From: Lama glama
Taxonomy: Eukaryota
Direction: 5' to 3'
NCBI GenBank assembly: GCA_028534125.1
Contig: CM052817.1
Location: 21,950,001-22,014,000, forward strand
DNA: 64,000 bases
Within the stretch, counting starts at the first letter, position 1. Each line of letters opens with the position of its first letter. The notes under the pieces were generated by a model. The model was not told the origin of the DNA. It did not search any database and saw only the letters and a program-made list of their open reading frames with translations. A program made the translations under genes and the position numbers. Of the stretch, positions 11,273 to 25,559 are shown piece by piece.

Positions 11273-14200
11273 TACTTCTAACCATGCTGTATAGAATGGT
11301 TTGCTTTCTGAATATGTGATGTTTCACCAAAAGTCATGGTGCTCTGTCTAGAACGCCTTGTCCCTTCATTATGCAGCTAAATTCTGTTCATTCCTCAGAA
11401 TCAATTGAGGTCTCTTCAAGAAATTTTCTGTGACATTCTGAGTCTTGTTTACTAGGTTAGTACTCTATTTACACCTATACTATTATCACTTCTCACTCTA
11501 AATACTTTATGAAGTATTTAATTTTTAGTGTCATTTAACTAAATGAATTTCTTATTATCACTGCTTGTTTTACCAAATTTTATATTCTTACACATTTATG
11601 CTCAAAATCAAGGCCTTCCTGTAATTATATAAACAGGGATATATGAGACACCAGAAAAGTTGATGAAAAAGGAATTTGTCACTCTTATGTGAGCCTGAGA
11701 GAAGTCAGTGAACAAATTCTGGGAAGTGATATTTTACATATATGATCTTTCAAGTGTTGCCAATTTTTATAGGACGACCTCTAAGGAAAAAAAAAAGCCT
11801 TTTTAACCATAAATCTCATTTTTTCTATAAAAAATAATATTTAAACTCTTGTGTTTCATTTTGGTTTAAAAATTGTAATGTAAAATTAAAATTCTCTAAT
11901 GCCTTTTTCTAAATTAAAATGTATGGAAAACATAAAAAACTTCAAAGAATAAGTGTTTATAGCCATTGAACATTTTACATGTATGCTTTATTTAGTTTCT
12001 CAAGCCCAACTGAAAAGAAATACTTGGTTATGTGTAAAAGCACAGTATATCTTCCTGGAGAGAAAGCTATTACACTGCCACTTATGGACATCCACAAATA
12101 CAGGATGCTGGATGACCATAAGCATGAAGCACATTGGGTGAGGTATGTAGCAATAATAGATAGACAGTAAAAGGCAGAGTGCTACTAAAAGAGAAATGAG
12201 AGTTGGGGAGAAGTAACTTTATAGTAGGGAATAAGAAGGTGACCGTGCCCCAAATCTGTTACTTTTAGAGGGCAGCAAAACAAAGTATGCACCAAATACT
12301 CACATAAAAGAGAAAAGACTACTAAGAACAAAGGAAATATTAAAGTTCTCTCACAAGATAAACATGCAGTACCATGAAAATACATTTCTGCATGCCACTT
12401 ATTTTAAGAAGATGGTTAATAATTGTATTTTGCGTATTATTTCTTTCATATGTAATATTGGAATAATGCCTTAACTATTTAAACACATGAAGAATGAATC
12501 TCACCTAAATCCTTGGTAAAATATCCTGTTCTTAGTTGTCTTCCAACAAATGCATGTTTATAATTGGAGGTGTGTTTCCTTAAATGTAAAGTTTTCCCTT
12601 GTGGTGGTTACCACATTTCTTTTTCATTCTTACTGATGATCTTAATAGTATCTGAGACACCTAGTGTGTAATAACTTTTTTCCTGCACATTTTAATTTAT
12701 TCTCATTTTGACTAGATGAAACTAGAATTAGGAATTACTGATGTTAAATGATATTACAAAAAAAAAGAAAAATAGCCTTTATACATTTCTAGTGGTGGTC
12801 ATTGCCAAAAGAAATAACATGAAAATACTTGATTTGATATAAAAAAACAATTATAAACATGAAGAATATTATATACGTCAAAACTTTTCTAGATTTTAGC
12901 AATTAAGATTTGGTTACAAGTAAACAGTAATAGGCCAATTTTAAGGTTTAAACTGAATTTTAGTGGGTGGAAAAAAATGTATAGATAAATACCAAAATAA
13001 ATTATTTTGAGAAGAATGTTCCTATAACTTTAAGACACTTTTATGGTATTTTATGTTTTCCTTTTATATAAGCAATACTTGGAGGATGTGTTAATTATTA
13101 TTTTAATTAATTATTGAAGGTTTCCTAAAAGCATGGGGTGTATTGTGAGCTCAGGATCTTGTGGACTGAGGGCTGTGAATTGGACTTTGTGTTCGTCTCG
13201 GATCGACCATTTAACAAGTGTGGCTTTAAGCAAATATTTCCACTTTCAGTATCTTAACTAGAATGACTCTAACTAGTTAAAATTACTATATGTAACTTAG
13301 AATATTTATGTGTATTTTCTAAATTTTTCCATAATTTAGATTTCCTTTAGTTTAATTTCTAAAATAGTGATTTGTCTAAGCTAATATGCTCCCCTACACA
13401 AAAAATAATTGATTATAATGTAGTTTTGAGCAAACCCCAAATTTGCAAATTTTATCAAAATTTATTCCAACTTTATTTAATGATTTCAGGGGTAAATTCC
13501 ATAAAAGATTCATATCAGTGCTTAGGATCTGATGATATTTCTATCAGCATATTAAACAATCTATAGTTCTGCATAGGAAGGTATCATAATATAGCTCAAA
13601 GATTTCAAAAATACCAGGACAAACCAAGATGACTTCTGAAATTTAAATGAACACAAATCAATGCATCTTAGATCAGACATTTGCCAAAGAGCACACTGTT
13701 TTCCTTATATATTCCCACACCTCTGTGAATAGCTTCTTCATTAAAACACTTTCAAATTATCTTAATTTAGCTGTGTCATTTATTATCTGCTGTTACCCTC
13801 ACTGATTCAATAATTAGCAGCAGAAGTGGCCCCGTGGAACAAATTATGAACATGGAAGTATGAGTTGGTTTTCTCACATATTTGAGCAGCCCTGGGATAA
13901 TCTCATTGTTGGGCAAATGTGGCACATGTAATCCCTGGCATACAGTTCCAGCATCATTATTCAGATCGCTTCTGGTGCAGTATCGAATGAAATGCAGGAG
14001 AACGGCAAGGTGGTAAGAATTCAAATGGCTGTGACAATTAGGTGCCATGATAACAAGGATAAATAGAAAGCTGGATAGGCACTTGGCGTCTTCTGACATT
14101 CCCAGAGAGCAAATATAGGAAAAAAGAAAACCGAGAAGTTATGAGCATTATAAATTGCAATCTGTGTCAGAAGCCTGAAGAACTCCACAGCTTTGCAAGA

Positions 14201-14337
14201 GTTTCTGTTCACCTATAGTAATCAGGCAGTTATAGCTAAGGGCCAAGGCAGTGTCTGAAAAGTCACTGAAAAGGCAAAGTAGAAAACTTGCAGTTTCTAT
14301 TAAAGGCTAAATTCTATCAAATCTCTTATACTAAGGT

Positions 14338-14536
14338 ATAGATTGGCGATCTATGGCTGTCAGGTTACCACCTCTTTTTTATAAATAAAATGCTATTGCA
14401 ACAGTCACAACATTGGTTTACATGATATCAATGGCAGAGTTGACAGAGTTGAGTTGTTCCTACAGAGACTGTATGGCCCACAGTACACACAATATTTGTT
14501 GTCTTTCCGCTGAAAGAAAATATTTGTGAACTCATG
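14338..14536 (+). mobile_element. MER58A-like hAT-Charlie DNA transposon
   Basis: ttggcgatctatggc...tttataaataaaatgctattgcaacagtcac...cagagttgagttgttcctacagagactgtatggcccaca...aaaatatttgtgaactcatg. Confidence 0.85.
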
Positions 14537-14539
14537 CAC

Positions 14540-15480
14540 CATGGGAATGGCATTTGTGAAGAATGAGTGGGACTCTAAGACATGGGATGGAGACTTTGAT
14601 CAAATGTAGAGTACAAGAAAGGCTAACATCCAAAATCCATGGTCTACCAATGCCTGTGAAGGCAAAACCATGTCCACTTTTCAGAAAACCATCCCATTTT
14701 GATATACAAAACTTACAAGAGGGAAACAGTTGCCTTATAAGCACCTCTGCCACCTTCACGTAACAAGAAGACTTAGGTAATTCTGGAAAAGCACAGGGAG
14801 ACAACAAGCTTTTATGGTAAAAACAAAACAAAAACACCCAAAAGAATGTTTCAGTTTGTATTAGTAAGGAAGATCTTGAAGAGCATGTGAGGAAATGGGA
14901 GTTAGACAAAAGGTAATAAAATATAATATTCAGTTTGGACAAATTCACTGGCATGGGTGTACTTAACCAGGTTTTGGGAATTTCACATGTTGGTTTGATC
15001 TACTGAGAATGCTATTAATAGTCTATTAGATTACCTAATTAAAGCCTGGACTTAGTGGTGACCTGTAGTCAATAAAGTCAGACTCAGAATTTCTCTTATA
15101 TATTCTAGAGAAGGAGTTTCAAGGGCTCAAGAAACGAAAATGTTGGAGTTAATCTATTTTGAGCCACCTAATCAGCTACTTACTAACCATAACTCCCAGG
15201 AGGGCCACAAAAATACTTCTTTTTCCAAAGCATTCAAAAAGTATTGACCTGGAGGGAAGGGTTTAGCTCAAGTGGTAGAGCACATGTGCAGCACCCAAGA
15301 GATCAGGGGTTCAATCCCCAGTACCTCCTCCAACTGGAAATCAATGAAGAAACCTAATTACCACCCCCACCCCTGTTAAAAAAAAAAAGCCAAAAAAGTA
15401 TTGGCCTGGAACAATCCACTTTTTTAAAGAATTCCATGATGTCTATTATCTGGACTGGTGTACAAGTTAAAGAAATTAAT
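14540..15480 (+). mobile_element. ERVL/MaLR internal (gag-region) fossil, interrupted by a SINE
   Basis: gagtgggactctaagacatgggatggagac, gagcatgtgaggaaatgg and agagaaggagtttcaagggctcaagaaacgaaaatgttggagt resemble MLT-int/ERVL gag sequence; heavily degenerate. Confidence 0.65.
15254..15392 (+). mobile_element. tRNA-derived camelid SINE (vic-1 type)
   Basis: A box tagctcaagtggtagagc, B box ggttcaatccc, aaacctaattacc-C-run-polyA tail. 18-bp TSD aaaaagtattg(a/g)cctgga at 15236-15253 and 15393-15410. Confidence 0.92.
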
Positions 15481-15509
15481 GTCACCATAAAAGAAGAAGA
15501 TGCTTCCTA

Positions 15510-15672
15510 CCACATTCTCATTTAAATTGCTGACTTAACTTGTGAAACTGAGGCACAGAATAGTAAACTAACTTGCCCAGATTTACCCAGCTGTCTTATA
15601 AGCAGAGGCAAGAGTCTAATCTTTGCAGTTTGAAACCAGAATTCCTCTTTGTAGCAAATACACAGTATTGCC
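15510..15672 (-). mobile_element. MIR SINE
   Basis: gaaactgaggcacagaatagtaaactaacttgcccagatttacccagct (reverse MIR core). Confidence 0.85.
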
Positions 15673-18600
15673 CTTCAGACAATGAGGAAGTTAGTCAGTG
15701 GAAGTGGAAAGTGGGTGTCTGCAGCAGAGGAAATAGTATTTTTTCCTGTAAAAGTGTCAGTTTTTCCGGTTGGGGAGACACGATGTGTTGTCACTGTAAG
15801 CAAGAAAAGAGATAATTAGGAATTTTAGAGAGTTAATATAGTATTTGACAAAAAAAGAAGATAAACTTGAACATCAGTTTTTGAGAAAGAACAATTATCT
15901 GGTTTCACTGGCATATCAAGAACTCAGTTTGATTACTTGGGCATTTTCAGCAGAATATTGTTGAATGTGTTGTTTCTTTGAGTCGTATGTTTCTATGAAG
16001 TGCCAGTTACATCATGCATATGGAAAATTGGGGGTGCTGGTGACTATTAGGAAATAAGAAATGAGATATTTTAGTATAAAGAAATAACTGGTATCCCAAC
16101 TATAAAAAATAGACTACCAAGATTAGGGGGCACAACTTCACTTGTGGAATTGCATATAGAGTACAAAGTTAGTTTATTTTTTTATAACTTAGGTAATGAC
16201 GTTTGCTACTCAAGAATAGGAAGAAATTCTGTAAAGGAGTTAAAAATTCTGAGAATTTCCTTTATGATCCCCAGGAATAATGGTCAGGGACAACCCAAGA
16301 GAGGTACATGGCCTCCATTTTCCTTGGAGTGAGGTTAGATGAATTTGAGGTAAAAAGCAGAGATGAAATGATTTTTATGTCATTTGTAGAGAGCTGAATT
16401 ACAGGCAGGATTTTGGATTACCATGATTGGGCATTGGGACAAGGCCTGAGCACACATTCTTTATGAATTAAAACAGGAATTAACACCATATTTAGTCTGC
16501 AATGCACTATGTAATATCTAAAAAATAAAGTTGCATATTGATATTGCAAAGTAACTGGAAAAGCTGTAGATCAGCCCAAGCGTTAGTCAAAGCAAAGTTT
16601 CAACTGCTCTAGTTTAAAAGGACAATAGTGATTTTTAAAAAAAAGAAGTATTGCTCTTGATTTACACTTTTCGGAGTCCAGGACCTTAATAAACTAGAAA
16701 GGACTTTACCAGATGGAAAGCTTGAGCTGCATGGTTGCCTGCAATCCCTGTAGGAATTTCCTGAGTTACCTCATTTTATGCTTAGAACAAGTAGTTTTCT
16801 GAAGAAACTAAGGTTCATCACAGTTAATTTACTCTCTTAATGGGTGACAGAGCTTATCAAACATAAAGCAAGAATTTCATGCTAAGTTTCCCTGACTCAG
16901 CAAGTCATTTCTCTATATTCTATGCCTGCCAATTAACATAATAGTCATCAGTATCAACACTTGAATTAAGTTGACCACTTGGTTACTTTAACTGTCAGTG
17001 GAAGCAGTTGAAATGACGAGCCTGATAAATGGCACATTGATACTTAGGTATGAGTTTAGTCATCCCAAATTAGTCAAAAAAGACACTATAGCAGGAACCC
17101 TTGTTCTTAGATTGCTTGTAACCTTTATAAACAGATACTGTGCAGCATGTATCTGACCATATTACCTAAATATATTTGATTTAGTATATTTGAAATCATA
17201 CACTATTTATAGGTACATTTCTATGCAGAACCAATTGTGTCAGACATGGGAGCCTCAGGGGAAAAACACTGCTATCTTCAGAAAAAAGTGTATTTAAAGT
17301 AAAGAGAAGACGTTGAATTACTATGCCTATGTATATGAACACCATAAGGATGGTTTGTTTATAACAACTGTTGTCGTATTTTTAGCATATGAATCAAAAA
17401 ATAACCACTTTCAAAATGTGTGAATAAAGAGATTCATTTAAGTCTGTAGCAGTATATGCCAATTAAGTCATATATGCTGCATTATATATTAAACAACTAT
17501 TTCACTCTCTTCTTAGCTACTTTATTGCAATTTTATGTTTTGGTTAGCTTACTATTCGCAATATGCACACATTTTCTTGCCATTATAACTGGTTACATCA
17601 TGCTAAGTCATTATGCAAAATAATATATTATTCATTCTATCAGTTACTTACGTTAGTGCTTCTACATCTCACCGTGCATCTTAGCTGACAGCAAAGGTTA
17701 TTTAAAGGGGAACTGTTTTTAGTTGCTATGAATAGGTTGAATGAAGAGCAGTGCGCAGTACAATATTGTTTTGACTTTTCATGTAAAGATTATGAGAAAC
17801 CATGATCAGTAAACCAATTCAGTAAACTGTAATCGGGAGAAAATGAACTAAATATCAGGGTGATTGCTAATCTATTTTCATCTACCCTCAGAAGGACAAG
17901 TCCAATACTGGGCATTTTCATTTATGGAAAATGAAAGAGCAGAGATTGAGCAAGAATCTGAGAAGAGTAACAACGGAATGAGTACTTTAAGTACGCTGAA
18001 AGGAATACTTAGGGCAAGAAGGAAAGCAGGAAGTAGGGCTTAATGTTGGGATTCAGAGTTGTACAGAGAATATTGGAAAATGAGCATTGTTCATTCACTG
18101 TTTTATTTGGCCATGTAATTGTCAACAGAAACACATGAAAAATTCAGGAATCATAAATTTTAAACCAATCAAAGAAACAATTGCTTTATGCTTAGTCATC
18201 CTGTTGTCATAGAAACAAACCTTTCCTGTAATCCCTGAGATAGATTCTTGCAGGAAACATAGATTTTCCTTGCCTTGTAAAGATTCAGGGTGGGATGGAG
18301 AAAAAAATAATTTCACCTTATTATCTGAATTAAAACTAGGATGAAACCTTTCTTTGAAAAAACTTAGTATCTGAGGAAGAAAGGAAAATCGGGTGAAAGT
18401 AAACATAACTCACTAAGGATTCAGGTTTTTCCTTTAGAAAAACATTTGTGTCTCTAGAATCCCAGGGCCAACGTCAGCCTATTCACACCTCTGTATGATT
18501 TACAGGAATGAATCTCTTCCGGAATAAAATAACTCCATACAAGCCCAGTAAGTAGAGCAGAGACTGGATATGCGTCCCCACTAACCCGTGGCAGACAGTC

Positions 18601-19269
18601 TGCAAAACAGCAGAAAGTTGCTGGATTACCCCACCTCCAGGACCTTGCCTTTTCCTCCTGACCTAAGCATTTCATTCATTGGTTAACAGTTATACTAGGT
18701 ATAATTTCTCTTTTAATTTAGGCTGAAATACCATAAGGAAAGGAACTAAATATGTCTCAGATTGTAGTAGAAAGGTGAGAGAAGTTATTAAATTACATAG
18801 TAATTTTGTTGCCAATTAAAAAAACACTTCTATTAATACAAATAAGCAAACCTATTGTAAACTGTAAAATCAGAACAAATGCACTTCGTAGGCATCATTA
18901 CACTGTCCTTAGCCCATGTAGCATATTTTTTTCTATATTATTTGGTAACTGATTTCAGTGTCCAATGGGATGTTCTGTTCAATAAATATTCTTGATGAAA
19001 AAAGCCTCACTTAATAAAGTAAGAAAGTATAAGTAACCTAAATTGGCTTTCAGATGTTGGCATATGCCAGTTAGCAAATCTGTGTTTGACAAGTGTGTGT
19101 ATTCTGATGCAATATTCAAAAACAAACAGTTTTTTAATCAGTTTGACTTGGTTTAAATAGGCAGTGATATGTGGCTCACTTTCAGAAAAAAAAAAGATGC
19201 AGTTAAAGCTACAATAAAACATTTAATTAGTTTCAGTGAATTCAATTTCCCAAACTCTCTTTCATAGAC

Positions 19270-19380
19270 TGATTAAATTCATTTCTCAGTCTCGACTATG
19301 TATCAGGTTTGGCTTTTGATGTTAGGGATTAAAAAAATGAATGAAAGTTTATCTCTGACCTTAAAGAACTCACAGTTGGT
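19270..19380 (-). mobile_element. L2 3' end fragment
   Basis: gactatgtatcagg...gatgttagggatt...aatgaatgaaag...tctctgaccttaaagaactcacag. Confidence 0.55.
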
Positions 19381-22300
19381 TCATGACAACATAATTTTTA
19401 CCAAAATGAGTTCTTGAGAGGACTAAGAATGATCTTTGCCCTAATGCTTCCCTACAATAAAATGGTTACTCAGAGTGCATCCCTATCTAATTCCAAAGCC
19501 AGCCTCAGAGGTACTGGAAACTAAATTAGAGATCCGTTTATACAGTTTTGATTTCTGAATTCTTACTACTATAATACATATGTTCTTTTTTTTCTCCGTG
19601 ATTTACAATAGTAGTTTTAAGAAAACATATAAATACTTTGTTTATAAGAAAACATTTTTTAAAAAAGAATCAAATGAGCAACAGGAAAAAAATACTTAAT
19701 TTCAAGCAAATATGTATTTTTTCTTAAGCTTCATACCATTAAATCAGATTAACTAGTATTCACAAAACTTCATGGTTCAAAAATCATGTTGTTTTATATT
19801 ATGTTTTTAAAAGAAGTTTAAAGTGACGAAAAGGCCAGTAAAAGACTTTCATAATTGTTTAAAAAATGCTTATCTCCTTTTAAAAATGGAAAGGCATATC
19901 CATCATATGGATGATGATGAAGGAATGATGAAGGATTAAGACTGGAACTTTTTACTCTCTGTATTTGGTCCTGTGCAATGTGTCTGTGAAGAGCAGTGGG
20001 TATTTTAGTGGATGTTTCAGTGGATAAACTTCAGAGAAATCTTAAACCTGATATGTATTCAAACCCCAAATGGCCACAACAGTCATCCAAACCAGAGTCA
20101 TCTTCAAAATTCTTACATGTCAGTGTCACTTCAGGCTTTTGACCCTAGACTTTGAGTGATTTTTGTGGAATCTCACCTTGGGGTTATGATACGATTTTTG
20201 GACTGTCTAAAACTTGTAACTCTAGAGTGATACCTTATCCTGATGCTGAATTGTCCTTGAATAGAAGTTTGTAGAATCTGCATTTATGTGATTCTACTTA
20301 TCTTTTTATATTCTGTCTCTGTAATCCAGGGGAAACCCATATCAATATCTTTTATCTATCTATATTTCTTTATAAAGTGTCAGCAAATAAAACTTTAGGT
20401 AATATAATTTCTAGAATAATGAATTTTGTCAGGGATTTTGATTCTCAAAGAATTAACAACTTATTACATGAGTGTCTGATCCTGCCCATATACTTTGTCT
20501 TTCTACATAGAAAATTCCCTTAGTTTCTACAATTGACCTTAATTCATGGAAGTTTTCCAGGGGTATGGAGTGTATCAATTTGGACACGATTAAAAGATAT
20601 AATAAAACACAAGTAAGAATAAATTTCCTATCTGACCTCCTAAAGAAAGAGGGAAAATCTAACCATCATAATCACTTTGAGGATAATTATAGCATAATTA
20701 GAAATTCTAGTCTTATTTGTGGGACTCTCAAAAATGAGAACTGAATGAAATCACATTCAGAAATGACCTAAGAATTCAGTGGACCTTTCTACTGTGCAAA
20801 AGTAGAAATACCAGGAGAAATACCTTTTCTAAAATTATAATGAAACTTTATTCTACATCTTCTGGAAACCTGTTATGTAATTTGGCAAATTCTAATTGTG
20901 TTTTATTTTCTTTTGTAGTTTTAGTCCTCTCTTCTTAGCTTTGCTCCATGTAAAGTTCTTCTTGACTGTATATATTCAATTTCCCCCAATTGTGTTCCAG
21001 AAATCAAAAAAAATGATTGTATCCTGTTCTAACCTAATATGATCAGATTTTCTATATTCTCTTATGAATGTTTTGTCAGTGTACCTAATAACTTCTGTTG
21101 ACCCATTGGAATCTACCACAACTATTTTACCATAATTTTTAATTGAAAATACAGTGAATGTTTGAGGATGAGGTTTTTCTAGTGAGAGGGAAGAAGAGTT
21201 ATCACCTCTATGTTCTTGAATGAGTTTTCTGCTTCAAGGAATTACAAAATAACTCGGTCATTTCTATTGCCACATTGCAATGCAAGCTTGTATATAATTT
21301 ACCTTCTATCATTACCCAGGGTCCCTTTTGTACTGAATACAAGTTTTATCTGCTCCTTGAATGTGCTAGGTTATCTTTTCCAGATGCTTTATGTGTTTTG
21401 CATTTTTGCAGGCTGACTCTGAGTTTGTACAACCTTTTCTGTATCTCTGCCCTGTTTTGGTGCGGCTGTATAACATTATTTTTGCTTTCTTTGTTAACTT
21501 GTCCCAATTTAGAATCACCCGAAAAAATTATGTTTATATCCTGATTTAGCCATTTTCCCAGATTTCTAACAATAGATTAAATATTTTTGACTTGTATAAT
21601 ACAGAATAAAATTTGAAGTTAGTATCTAGAATAACTCAAACACAAGTATAACCTTACGCTTTTAAAAGAAGAACTTGATTTAAAACCATGGCTATGTAAT
21701 TATTGTGAATATACTCCCTTTAACATTTTCATAATGTTTTTGAACATTTTATATCATGTAGTGAAATGGTCAGTTATAAATTATAGCTCACAACCCTTTC
21801 CTCTTAAATGAGAAAATTCTTGAATTTGAGAAAAAGATCATTGTCAAGTTAGACAAAATACTCTATCAGATGGAATAGGTTATACCATATAGATAATTTT
21901 TTTATAATTATTATTACTGTAATTTCATATATATATATATATATATCTGAATCAGTTTAAATCTATCACAAGATGTTCATATTTTGAAACAGTTTTTAGA
22001 GCCCTATCATTGCTTTACGTCAGGATTCCTTGGTGGCTCCATTAGGTTAATCTACAAATATTGTTCACATATATGCTATTTAGCCATATTTCTGGCATTG
22101 TTTTGTTAACGACGTTGTTGGTGAATGAAGAAATTCATTTGAAGAAAGCTTTATCCAGTTCCTGTGGAAAAATTAGAATGTTCAAAATCATATAATTGTT
22201 CATTTTCTCAGGAAAAAATTAAGTCAGGACCATAATATCACTATAATTAAAATGTTTTGATTCAACATTGCAAATCATTTCCCTGAACAACTGGGTCTTC

Positions 22301-23539
22301 CAAAGCCTGTGCCTCCAAAAGGATTTTCTAGTCATTCCTTTAGAATCTTTTCCCATCTTCTCTCTGTACTTGATTTCATTACGCTCCTTAAACAAAGTGT
22401 CTGCCTCCCATAAATAGGTTTAGACTTCCCCCACAATTTCCCACTAAAATACAACCTGAATCAAAAGAGTATACAGGAGAGATACTACATTTCTCATTAG
22501 AGCTGCTGGTTTACTCTTATTAGCTCCCCCTTGACTTCCTTTTAGGAGCTGGGCTCATGGAGCAGTGTTTTTCCATGGCTGCCTTTGCTGGCTTGACTCA
22601 TCATCTACAGTTCTCAGGAAAAATTATTTTTAAAATGTGGACTTTCTATGATAAGCATGGAAATAGATACTGAGGAATATCTCAGAGTTCCCTTCTAAGA
22701 TATGTTTTCCTGACAGTAGTGTCAACACTGTGATTTTAAGAAAGGAAGACTTAGAAACTGTTTTATTCCACAAACACATTCTTTGGGACCTTTGCATTAT
22801 GGCCACTAATGGGTTTAAATATGAATGCATTCCTAATGCTATGGTGTTTCTATCAGGGATAGAAAATAATTAGGTTTGCATAACTAACCTTATTCTTTCT
22901 TAGAGATATAAAATTGTGTATTCAGGGAATCACTCATTTTCTTTTGCCTAAGTGCTTTGAGTCAAAGATCAAGAGTATACTACATTAATTCAGTAAGCCT
23001 TTACTGAGTGCTTCCTTTATGTCACGCAAACCATTGCTTGGTGCTGTTGATGCAAGCCAGTCAATGTTTTCTTTGGAAGATTTTTTGTTCTGTTTTCTAG
23101 GCACAAACACGGAAACCCCATTGCTCTGTATGGTCCTTTTCTATGTTTTAAGGAAAAGATTAACAGAGCTAATCATATCATAAGATTGTGAGAGAGATCG
23201 CATGCTTCTCATAAACAACTCACATGTGCATTTTAATAGTGACTTTTGAGGTGATAATGGTGCCATCTTTTATTATTCATGGAACATGGAGTAAGACTGT
23301 CAAACTGTGAGAAAAATCAATTTCAAGAAGATACTAGACCATAAATATATGTGAGGAGGGAAGAATTTGTGGATTTCTTCTAATAAGCATATGGTGTCAG
23401 TCCCAAATTCATGGATTGCTCATCTTTCATTTCAGGCAGCCATTTTCTTGATCAGAAAGTTTAACAGGACAGTTTTTCCAAGGTTAGACCCTTATTTTAT
23501 ATTAGTTGAAGAAGTTTAGGAAAATTCTGAAAGACTCCA

Positions 23540-23950
23540 TAAGTGTAATATATCTAAAACTGATCTCATTGCTATATTCCCTATGACACAAACAGACGCA
23601 CATATTCAAAACTAAAAATTGAAAAAAAATACATCATCTAAACTCATTTATTTCTGGTGTTAGTTAATGCCTTCAACTCAGTTTTGCAATTTAGAATCTA
23701 TGGAGTAACACTTCCTTGTAACTGAAATCCATCTCTACCAAAATTTTCAGGCAATTAATTATACCTCAAAATTATTTCTGAAATCTGACTTCTCCTTTCT
23801 ATTCCCATCAGAATGGAAGTGAGTTTAGGTTAGTACTTAATTTTTTGCCCTACACTCAGGCATTCTTCTCAATCTCTTTTTAGTCTAGCTCATATTCCAC
23901 ATTGTCTGTGTATTTAATCTTCATAAATCTCTGCTGGTAGCCCCATTTCC
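23540..23950 (+). mobile_element. L2 fragment (resumes ~24360-24560 after MLT1A)
   Basis: atatctaaaactgatctcatt...tagaatctatggagtaac...atttctgaaatctgacttctcctttctattccca. Confidence 0.55.
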
Positions 23951-23958
23951 TTATTAAT

Positions 23959-24352
23959 TATATTAGTTTACTAGGGCTGCCATAACACAATTACCACAGC
24001 TGGGTAGATGAAACCACAGAAATTCATTTTCTCATGGTTCCAGAGGGTAGAAGTCCAAGATCAAATTGTCAGCAGGCTTGTTTTTTCCCTAAGGCACTCT
24101 AGTTAGTTTAAAGATGGCTGACTTCTAAATGTGTCCTCACATGATCATCCCTTGATCTGTGTGTTGTCTATGTCCTAATCTCCTCTATTTATAAGAACAT
24201 CAGTCATATTGGATTACAGCCCACCTGTATGACTTTGTTTCACCTTATTACCTCTTTAAAGTCTCTATCTCCAAATAAGGTCACATTGTGAGCTACTGTG
24301 AATCAGGACTTCAACATAGGAATTTGGAGGAGATATGATTCAGCTCATAACA
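23959..24352 (-). mobile_element. MLT1A/MLT1A0-like MaLR solo LTR, full length
   Basis: tatattagtttactagggctgccataaca...gaagtccaagatcaa...aggacttcaacataggaatttggagg...attcagctcataaca. Confidence 0.92.
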
Positions 24353-25559
24353 ATGGCAGATCTTTTCCCATGTACATGAGAGCTTTCCAGTCTGCTCCTA
24401 AAATATCTCTTTATTCTTTGTCTTTGACTATCCACGCTACTCCATTTATCTACATCTGTTCAAAGTGAAATCCTTTCTACCTGGACTACCCTTATCACAT
24501 CTCCACCTGAAAAACATCTACTCTTTCTTCAAATACTTTTTCAGTATTTCTCAATGTTTCTGAAATATTAACACCCAAGTAATAACATAATCCTTTTTAG
24601 TAATGCATTTATTTATGTGAAGAATTAAGTGTGAAGTCAAAGGTCATTAAAGTGTTCAAAGCTGGTCTCATTTCTGTATTCATTTTATATCCCTTTTTTT
24701 GTACTCCTCTATTGTCTCACTTTTGTTTTATGCTATTCTGTTATAAGTATCCTTCTAAATTGAATTAGATACTCATTTGAACAAGATGGGGTATAAAGAT
24801 ATTGCTACATATTAAGTACCTATTCAAACATTATGTTTATTGCTGCAAATGCAATGATGAATAGCCTGATCCCGACTCTCAAGGAGTTTATACTTGCAAT
24901 AAAACAATTGTACATACCTTTATTATAGAATCTGCCATGTTGCATTTTAATTAGCTATACACATTAATGTCTCTTTCGCTAGACAATAATCGCGAATATC
25001 AGGAACCTTTATTATCCATCTGTTCCTCCGCAGGGCCTAGCAGAATGCCTAGAATAATAAATATTTGTTTAAAAAAACAAAGAAAACGTGGTGAAAATAA
25101 GATATAATCACTTCTTCCTCAGAAAATTCCAGCCAAATAATTGACATATTTAAGTAATGACTTCTGTGGATCAGAATAAGAGCATTTAATTAATCTGGCG
25201 TATTTTTAAAGTAGAGACTCTCAGCTCCTCTGATCAGTAGCTATTTATGTCTAATAGCAAGCTCTACTTTTTTAAAGTATTGAAATCTTTCCTTCACCTC
25301 TGTGAAGTTTAAAGAAAAGGAAGCTTTCAGATGTAAGCCATTCTACCACAGGTAGTCTCATTCGAAAGGTCACTCTACCCCTTGTATACAATAAGTAATT
25401 GGATGAAGCATTTCAGTGAATGGTCAGTACTTAATCACTGTCATTTGGTCTCACAATATGTCAATTTATCTTGCTCATTCAATTTCACTTTGACAAGAGA
25501 TGGTATGATTATCCAAGAGCATGCCTTCTGTCATAATTCAGTGATGTTATAGCCAACAG

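Noticed and set aside
15254..15330. tRNA-like sequences here and at 44234-44310
   Set aside because: They continue into a SINE body with tail and TSDs, so they are SINE heads, not tRNA genes.
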